IMG/VR virus record: IMGVR_UViG_3300029319_006019
Location: 1 to 6,516 of that record
Direction: 5' to 3' (one strand)
Length of the DNA: 6,516 bases
Part shown: one piece after another, positions 1 to 4,946 of the stretch
Layout: each line of letters begins with the position of its first letter
Numbering within the stretch: position 1 is the first letter of the stretch
Position numbers and translations under genes: made by a program
Notes under the pieces: generated by a model
Told to the model about the DNA's origin: nothing
Databases searched by the model: none
The model's input: the letters and a program-made list of their open reading frames with translations, nothing else

Positions 1-2
1 CC

Positions 3-119
3 CCCGGTCGCTCCGCATTCGCTGCCAACTGGGTGGCCTACACGCGGGTGGTCGAAGCATGGAAGGTCATTGGTGGCACCGTGACCATACGCAAGCTGGC
101 CGACAAAGGAGGTGAGTGA
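3..119 (+). CDS. 3' end of a hypothetical protein (partial, runs in from the left edge)
   Basis: Frame 3 is open from the edge (...PGRSAFAANWVAYTRVVEAWKVIGGTVTIRKLADKGGE) to TGA 117-119, which overlaps the next ATG (TGATG coupling). Confidence 0.6.
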   Translation, partial: PGRSAFAANWVAYTRVVEAWKVIGGTVTIRKLADKGGE

Positions 120-286
120 TGACCACCCCCCTCAAGCAGCCCAACAAGGGCATCTTCATCGCAAACCCAGCGGGACTCAGGCCGCTGTTCTATGTCCGTT
201 GCAAATGCTGCAAGGCCAGGGTCGGCCCATACCGCAGCCTCAAAAGGGCACAGAACCACCTGAGGGGATGTAGCGGGAACGGTTAG
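119..286 (+). CDS. Small basic zinc-finger-like protein, 55 aa (C-x2-C-x15-H-x3-C)
   Basis: Hand translation: MTTPLKQPNKGIFIANPAGLRPLFYVRCKCCKARVGPYRSLKRAQNHLRGCSGNG*. Very strong SD AAGGAGGTGA at 106-115 and TGATG overlap with the upstream stop. Not in the ORF track, whose shortest entries are about 60 aa. Confidence 0.7.
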   Translation: MTTPLKQPNKGIFIANPAGLRPLFYVRCKCCKARVGPYRSLKRAQNHLRGCSGNG

Positions 287-329
287 GGGATGGGGCCCTG
301 GACCTTCCCGTTCCTCCCAGGGTCGGCGC

Positions 330-390
330 GGGCGGCGTCGAGAGCAAGTCAGGCTCCTGCACCCCTGGCATGCACCCGCCCACTTTTTTT
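330..390 (+). terminator. Possible intrinsic terminator or structured 3' end
   Basis: GGGCGG (330-335) pairs with CCGCCC (376-381), followed by T7 at 384-390. The enclosed 40 nt is long for a canonical terminator but contains a small stem (GAGC 342-345 / GCTC 353-356). Confidence 0.4.
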
Positions 391-407
391 AACCACTGGT
401 ACCCAAC

Positions 408-436
408 TTGCCCGATTCACTAAATCGTGGTATGTA
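408..436 (+). promoter_or_regulatory. Putative sigma70-type promoter P1
   Basis: TTGCCC (408-413), 17-nt spacer, TATGTA (431-436), with extended -10 TG at 428-429. It lies just after the T-tract and upstream of SD GAGGAG (449-454). The -10 lacks the final conserved T. Confidence 0.5.
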
Positions 437-460
437 GGGCACACAACCGAGGAGACTTCA

Positions 461-913
461 ATGATTGCCAAATACGTTGGTGGTCGTGACCACAAACACT
501 ATATCGAGTTCACCGGTATAACCGAACGCCGAGTAGAGTTCAGCTACAGGCTCGGGTGGAGAGCGACCCCAGTTGAGGAGATGAGGCGGGCTCTTGGGCT
601 CTGCGACATCGAGCCTACATTCTACGAGTTGCTGGAGTCTTGTGACATCCCAACCTGGGCCAGGGTTGAGCTACGACAGCCGTTCCCGTGCCGGACTGGA
701 GTGGACTACAAAGCCGTGACCGTAAGCTTTGCCGCCCGACCAAGGCAGGACCGAAAGCCCATATCTGGGGCGCTTCTATGGAAGAGCATACCGCTTACCG
801 TTGGCAGGGTTGGGCAGATGGTTCAACTCGCCTGTGTGCGCTCAATGTTGGAGGTCACACGGCCTGTGTACCACATTTATCCAGAACGCCCAGCGCTTGC
901 TATTGCTGGGTGA
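461..913 (+). CDS. Hypothetical protein, 150 aa (start revised from 290 to ATG 461)
   Basis: SD GAGGAG (449-454) 6 nt before ATG 461. The 290-460 extension would run through the stem-loops, T-tract and promoter. No recognisable motif. Confidence 0.65.
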   Translation: MIAKYVGGRDHKHYIEFTGITERRVEFSYRLGWRATPVEEMRRALGLCDIEPTFYELLESCDIPTWARVELRQPFPCRTGVDYKAVTVSFAARPRQDRKPISGALLWKSIPLTVGRVGQMVQLACVRSMLEVTRPVYHIYPERPALAIAG

Positions 914-937
914 TGAACTCAAGACAAGGAGAAGACA

Positions 938-1447
938 GTGTCATTTGAACTCGAAATATCGGAAGCAGACGGGGGACACGCAGTCTACCTGGCTGCCCGG
1001 CACGATCCTCGCCTACAGGGGAAGCTGAAAACAACCTCTAATGGCAAACTAAGTCACAACGGAAACAAGCTGGATGAGGAGGGTTTGGCCAACATATCCG
1101 TCTATTTGACGGGTAAGTACGGCATTCGCCCCACGAGGTGGGAGCTTTACTCTGGCCTTGTTGCCGCAGCGGCATCATCTCCGAGGGCCCCTCGGAAGAA
1201 AAGAGAGACCCACATTGAGAAGGATTATTTTGATGCTATCGCCAAGTGGCTGGAAGAGAATGCAAACCGAAACGATGGCACCATGATTACGACGGGCCGC
1301 ATAGGAGAGGCCATCGACCCAGAAGGGATGCTGAAATCCAGAAGAGCGGCTGAGATGAAGATTGCCGCCGCGCTGAGGAAGATGGGCTACAAGTCAAAAC
1401 GAATGATGATCAACGGGACTCGCCAGTATCGGTGGTTCCCGTCCTGA
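938..1447 (+). CDS. VapE-related protein lacking the ATPase domain (N-terminal domain plus C-terminal winged-helix-like domain), 169 aa
   Basis: GTG start with SD AAGGAG about 6 nt upstream. Both halves align by eye to the two ends of the 3615-4946 protein (ISVYLTGKYGIR vs ISLWIDATYGIK; RAAEMKIAAALRKMGYKSKR...RQYRW vs RHAEIRVAEILRELGFKKDR...RVYVW). No Walker A or B motif. Confidence 0.8.
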   Translation: MSFELEISEADGGHAVYLAARHDPRLQGKLKTTSNGKLSHNGNKLDEEGLANISVYLTGKYGIRPTRWELYSGLVAAAASSPRAPRKKRETHIEKDYFDAIAKWLEENANRNDGTMITTGRIGEAIDPEGMLKSRRAAEMKIAAALRKMGYKSKRMMINGTRQYRWFPS

Positions 1448-1461
1448 CCAACAAAACAATC

Positions 1462-1490
1462 TTGCACTGGTTGGGCAGACCAGTTAAGAT
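1462..1490 (+). promoter_or_regulatory. Putative sigma70-type promoter P2 with an operator-like inverted repeat in the spacer
   Basis: TTGCAC (1462-1467), 17-nt spacer, TAAGAT (1485-1490), with an A-rich tract upstream (ACAAAACAAT). Inverted repeat ACTGGT (1466-1471) - 7 nt - ACCAGT (1479-1484). Confidence 0.7.
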
Positions 1491-1589
1491 TCCAAAACCA
1501 CCGGGGGTTCCTGTTACCCTTTAGGACCCAGCAGGGAGGCATGTGGGTGGTGAAATAGATGTCTCAACCAACCAAAGGAGAGCGATACC

Positions 1590-2087
1590 ATGGAAGATTT
1601 GAACTTTACTCCAGAAGAGATGCTGGCCATCATGAAGACCATTTCGACCAAAGAGGTCGAGGCAGCCAAGAGCGCCATTGCCAACGACTCACAAGCTGAG
1701 ATCGATATGACTGTGCGCATCAAGGGGCTGCTGAAGCGAGGCAATGCGTTCTCTTCAAAAGGAACGAGCCGCATCCCGTGGAAGGTAGCGATAGCTTTGC
1801 TGCTCAAGCGGTCAGGTGTGACTGGGCCAGGCTCCATCGAACTTCTCACTGAGGCCATTCGAGATGCTGCCTCAATGAACAAGGACGCGCGGGAAAAGCT
1901 GCTCAACGAGCACGGCGTTGGGGATGCTCTTCAGGTCGTGAACAAGGAGCTTTGCGAGAAGATTCCCAGGATCCAAAAGAACGGAAACATCACGTTCGTG
2001 CCTCAAGTGCGAGAAGTGGTCTGTGCGCCGGTCTTGGTTCCTGATGAAGATGAACACAACGCCTCAGAAACAGAGGCAGCCAAGTAA
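1590..2087 (+). CDS. Hypothetical protein, 165 aa, with an acidic C-terminal tail
   Basis: SD AAGGAG (1575-1580) before ATG 1590, protein-like composition, ends PDEDEHNASETEAAK. Family not recognised. Confidence 0.85.
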   Translation: MEDLNFTPEEMLAIMKTISTKEVEAAKSAIANDSQAEIDMTVRIKGLLKRGNAFSSKGTSRIPWKVAIALLLKRSGVTGPGSIELLTEAIRDAASMNKDAREKLLNEHGVGDALQVVNKELCEKIPRIQKNGNITFVPQVREVVCAPVLVPDEDEHNASETEAAK

Positions 2088-2097
2088 AGGGGAACCA

Positions 2098-2409
2098 ATG
2101 GCAAAGGGAAGACGACAACCGCCAGAGCTTCGTGTGGACACATACGATGCTCTCGCAAGCCTGGTGCGGGCCTTGGGAGGCAAGGTCCGGCCAGCCGCTA
2201 AGATTCTTGAGACCGGGTATTCGCATCTCTGGCAGCAAATGAACCACAAGCGACCACCGCCGACCGTAGACTCCCTGGCTCTGTATGCCAATCGAGTCTA
2301 CGCAAACACAGGGTTGAAGATGGTTCTTACAATCACGCCTGACATGCGGCTCTACTACTCAATCTCATGTGAAGACAACCAAACCGAGGGCGTTGTCCTT
2401 GGACCTTGA
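2098..2409 (+). CDS. XRE/Cro-like helix-turn-helix DNA-binding protein, 103 aa (start revised from 2023 to ATG 2098)
   Basis: AAGGGG SD-like element right after the upstream stop. VRPAAKILETGYSHLWQQMNHKRPPPTVDSLALYANRV follows the XRE pattern (helix-turn-recognition helix, N-x-K-R-x-P-(S/T), then a helix), followed by a beta-like GLKMVLTI. Confidence 0.72.
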   Translation: MAKGRRQPPELRVDTYDALASLVRALGGKVRPAAKILETGYSHLWQQMNHKRPPPTVDSLALYANRVYANTGLKMVLTITPDMRLYYSISCEDNQTEGVVLGP

Positions 2410-2436
2410 TTCAAGTTGGTAGATCAAGTATCTACC
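2406..2436 (+). promoter_or_regulatory. Putative promoter P3 overlapped by two palindromes
   Basis: TTGATT (2406-2411), 17-nt spacer, TATCTA (2429-2434). Palindromes CTTGA-T-TCAAG (2405-2415) and GGTAGAT-caagt-ATCTACC (2418-2436). The predicted start near 2440 coincides with the start of the structured leader. Confidence 0.45.
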
Positions 2437-2561
2437 TACAGCCCGCCAAGGCTGATCCCCTTGGCACTCCTTCGGGAGGACAGGGCTCCTGGTCAGGCCA
2501 CCCAGAGTGCCCCGCGCTTTGGGTGGCCGCATCAGGACCCCGTGGGCTTACGACCAGGAGC
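2437..2561 (+). ncRNA. Structured cis-regulatory leader RNA upstream of the primase (family not recognised)
   Basis: Stems GCCAAGG/CCTTGGC (2445-2451/2459-2465), CTCC-TTCG-GGAG with a cUUCGg tetraloop (2467-2478), a 15-bp stem with G-U pairs (2496-2510/2514-2528), a closing stem AGCCC/GGGCT (2440-2444/2544-2548), and a 10-bp anti-SD/SD pairing (2485-2494/2552-2561). Confidence 0.62.
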
Positions 2562-2565
2562 AGAG

Positions 2566-3606
2566 ATGTGGATACAACAAGCAAAGGAGCTTCCCGTCCT
2601 TCAGGCGGCGAAAGCTCTTGGGCTACAAAAACGCCGTGGACGTTCTCTGGGCCCATGCCCAGCATGCAACTCAGAGACTCGCGGAACCGATGACAACCGA
2701 GGCCCAATTGGAGTAAGCGGCTCCCAGTTGGCTTGGAAGTGTCATCGCTGCGGAATCAAGGGGGATGTCGTCGACCTGGCATCCTTTCGGCTGCATGAGT
2801 TGCCCTTTAGAGAGCTACCGTCTGGCAGACAGCTTGAAGTGCGCACATGGTTCGCAGAGCAAGGCGCATGCCCAAAGCCAGGCGAAACCCGAGTTCCACA
2901 AGGGCTTGAGCACAAGAAAACCCTTCTGCGGGTGGTCGAGGACGGATATCGCCGCCCGCCCCAGCAAGAACTACATGACCTCTGGCGAACTACTTGCTCG
3001 TTTGAAAAGTCGCTAAACGACGACCCAGAGTGGGCAGACCCCATGGCAACGTGGTTGCTGCGCAGAAAGTTTGCCCCGTTGATGCTGGACCAATGCAAGG
3101 CCGCTCGCGTGCTGCCTCCTCCAGGCCGAGTTCAAATGCCAGAGTGGTGGAGAAAGGAGTGGCTTCCCAACTACCGGATAGCTGTTCCCGTCTATGAACC
3201 AGACGGCACATTTGCCAGCATTCACGCAAGAAGCGTAGCTGTACCAGAGATCACACCTAAGACACGATGGCCATATCGATATGAAGCCAGCGAGTTGGTC
3301 ATGGCCAACCCAAACGCTGTCCGCATGATGCGAGGCCAGAAGGTCCCTGGGTTGACCGGCCTGTTAATCTGTGAGGGCCTTACTGATTTCATTCGAGCGT
3401 GCTGTTCAGCACACGCAGAAGAAATGACGATTGCCATCGTCGCTGCGGCCTCGGGTGGCTTTAGAGCAATCCCAAAAATCCAAATTCCCAAACCAATCAA
3501 AATCTACATTGCGACCGACCCTGACGACCGAGGAGACGAATACGCCACAGTGATTGCTGATGGCCTACCCGACCACAAGGTTTACCGAGTCCCGCTGGAG
3601 GCCTAA
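2566..3606 (+). CDS. DnaG-type DNA primase (C4 zinc ribbon + TOPRIM), 346 aa; start revised from TTG 2416 to ATG 2566
   Basis: SD AGGAG (2556-2560) 5 nt before ATG. Zinc motif CPAC-x24-CHRC followed by GIKGDVVDL, TOPRIM motifs LLICEGLTDF and IYIATDPDDRG, and an IHARS segment in the polymerase subdomain. The final D-x-D/N motif is absent before the stop. Confidence 0.9.
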   Translation: MWIQQAKELPVLQAAKALGLQKRRGRSLGPCPACNSETRGTDDNRGPIGVSGSQLAWKCHRCGIKGDVVDLASFRLHELPFRELPSGRQLEVRTWFAEQGACPKPGETRVPQGLEHKKTLLRVVEDGYRRPPQQELHDLWRTTCSFEKSLNDDPEWADPMATWLLRRKFAPLMLDQCKAARVLPPPGRVQMPEWWRKEWLPNYRIAVPVYEPDGTFASIHARSVAVPEITPKTRWPYRYEASELVMANPNAVRMMRGQKVPGLTGLLICEGLTDFIRACCSAHAEEMTIAIVAAASGGFRAIPKIQIPKPIKIYIATDPDDRGDEYATVIADGLPDHKVYRVPLEA

Positions 3607-3614
3607 AACAGAAA

Positions 3615-4946
3615 ATGCCTGACATCGACGGAACGCTGCGCGGAGAGAAGACCTCACTAACGAACTTGCTGAAGATTGCTGAAGCCAAAGGAGACCTGAA
3701 TGAAGATGAAGAAGAGCAACTGGACAGGCATCAACCAGACCCGATTGTGCTGCCTCAACTTGAGCAGTACCGAGACAAGCAGGGGAATCTCACCGGAGTG
3801 CCCAAGCAGTCGCGAAACAACCTGTACAAGATTTTAAGCCTGGACCGTCGATACAAGAACAGCATTTGGGAAAACCTGTTCGACGGCTCTTTGTACCTGA
3901 AAGACGACGAGTACAAGGACACGGACGACACGAAGATATCTTTGTGGATTGATGCGACATACGGCATCAAGTTTGCCGACAACACGGTGGCTGGCATTGC
4001 CAAGCTTATAGGCGAAGAAAACGGGATTAACCCGCTCCAAGAGTGGCTCAAGAGCTTGAAGTGGGATGGAGTCAAGCGCACAGACGATTGGCTTATCCGA
4101 GCGACTGGTTGTGAAGATACTGAGTTGAACCGGATGATGGGCAACAAGTGGCTCATTCAAGCAATAGCCCGCGCAATGAAGCCCGGCGCGAAGGCCGACT
4201 GTGTCTTGATCTTGATTGGACCGCAAGGCGCACGGAAGAGCAGTCTGCTCAGGACCTTGGCTACCGAGCAGTTTTTTTCGGATACGCCTCTCGATATTGG
4301 TTCAGCCAATGCCTACACGCAGATTCAAAGAGCCTGGATCTACGAGGTAGCGGAGCTTGACTCTGTCAGGCGCTCAGCCAACTCAGCAACCAAGGCCTTC
4401 ATCAGTGCCCAGGAAGACACCTACAGGCCAGCGTATGGCCGCAGGGCAGTCACAATCAAGAGACACACCGTCTTTGCCGGAACCACGAACGACAGCCAGT
4501 TTATGAATGACTGGACGGGAAGTCGGCGGTACTGGCCAATCAAGGTGAAGAAGGTTGATCTGGACTGGGTTGCAGAGTTTCGTGACCAGCTTTGGGCTGA
4601 AGCCATCCTTGAGTACAACTCAGGCGCCACATGGTGGCTTGAACAGGAATGGGAGAAGGAGCGCGAAGAAGAAAGCGAGATCTTCCGGCAGGAGGACCCT
4701 TGGAGGGATGTCATCGTTCAGTATGCGCAAAACTACTACGGTGTGATCTCAACGCGAACCATTATGGAGGATGCGCTCAAGCTTGAGAAAAACCACATGA
4801 CTCGACACGCCGAGATTCGTGTGGCCGAGATTCTGCGAGAACTTGGATTTAAGAAGGACCGCAAGCGTGTGGGTGACAGCCGAGTCTATGTTTGGACGAA
4901 AACTAAAGTGATTGAACTAGATAAAACAGGTGATATCGATGAATGA
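3615..4946 (+). CDS. VapE/VirE (virulence-associated protein E) family P-loop ATPase, probable replicative helicase, 443 aa
   Basis: Family-typical WDGVKR, ARAMKPGAKADCVLILIGPQGARKS (Walker A, nt 4218-4241), WIYEVAELD (Walker B), KAFISAQEDTYRPAYGR, FAGTTN, DWTGSRRYWPI, RDQLWAEA and EDPW, then a C-terminal winged-helix-like region. Confidence 0.92.
   Translation: MPDIDGTLRGEKTSLTNLLKIAEAKGDLNEDEEEQLDRHQPDPIVLPQLEQYRDKQGNLTGVPKQSRNNLYKILSLDRRYKNSIWENLFDGSLYLKDDEYKDTDDTKISLWIDATYGIKFADNTVAGIAKLIGEENGINPLQEWLKSLKWDGVKRTDDWLIRATGCEDTELNRMMGNKWLIQAIARAMKPGAKADCVLILIGPQGARKSSLLRTLATEQFFSDTPLDIGSANAYTQIQRAWIYEVAELDSVRRSANSATKAFISAQEDTYRPAYGRRAVTIKRHTVFAGTTNDSQFMNDWTGSRRYWPIKVKKVDLDWVAEFRDQLWAEAILEYNSGATWWLEQEWEKEREEESEIFRQEDPWRDVIVQYAQNYYGVISTRTIMEDALKLEKNHMTRHAEIRVAEILRELGFKKDRKRVGDSRVYVWTKTKVIELDKTGDIDE

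Noticed and set aside
290-460. Longer start for the 461-913 gene
   Set aside because: It runs through hairpins, the T7 tract and promoter P1, and ATG 461 has a clear SD.
2041-2060. CTGATGA, resembling a hammerhead ribozyme core
   Set aside because: It lies within a coding sequence (P-D-E), and I found no convincing flanking stems or correctly placed GAAA core.
2023-2097. Longer start for the HTH gene
   Set aside because: It overlaps the upstream gene by 65 nt, whereas ATG 2098 follows that stop with an SD-like element.
2437-2550. tRNA interpretation of the four-way-junction RNA
   Set aside because: No T-loop GTTCRA, no D-loop or anticodon-arm geometry, and the arm lengths do not fit a tRNA.
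2416-2565. 50-codon N-terminal extension of the primase from TTG 2416 (ORF track)
   Set aside because: No SD before 2416, the translation is Pro/Arg-rich and not domain-like, the region is explained by promoter and RNA stems, and ATG 2566 has a good SD just ahead of the zinc ribbon.
3615-4946. Virulence role implied by the name 'virulence-associated protein E'
   Set aside because: The name is historical. The context (primase upstream, helicase downstream) indicates a mobile-element replication ATPase.
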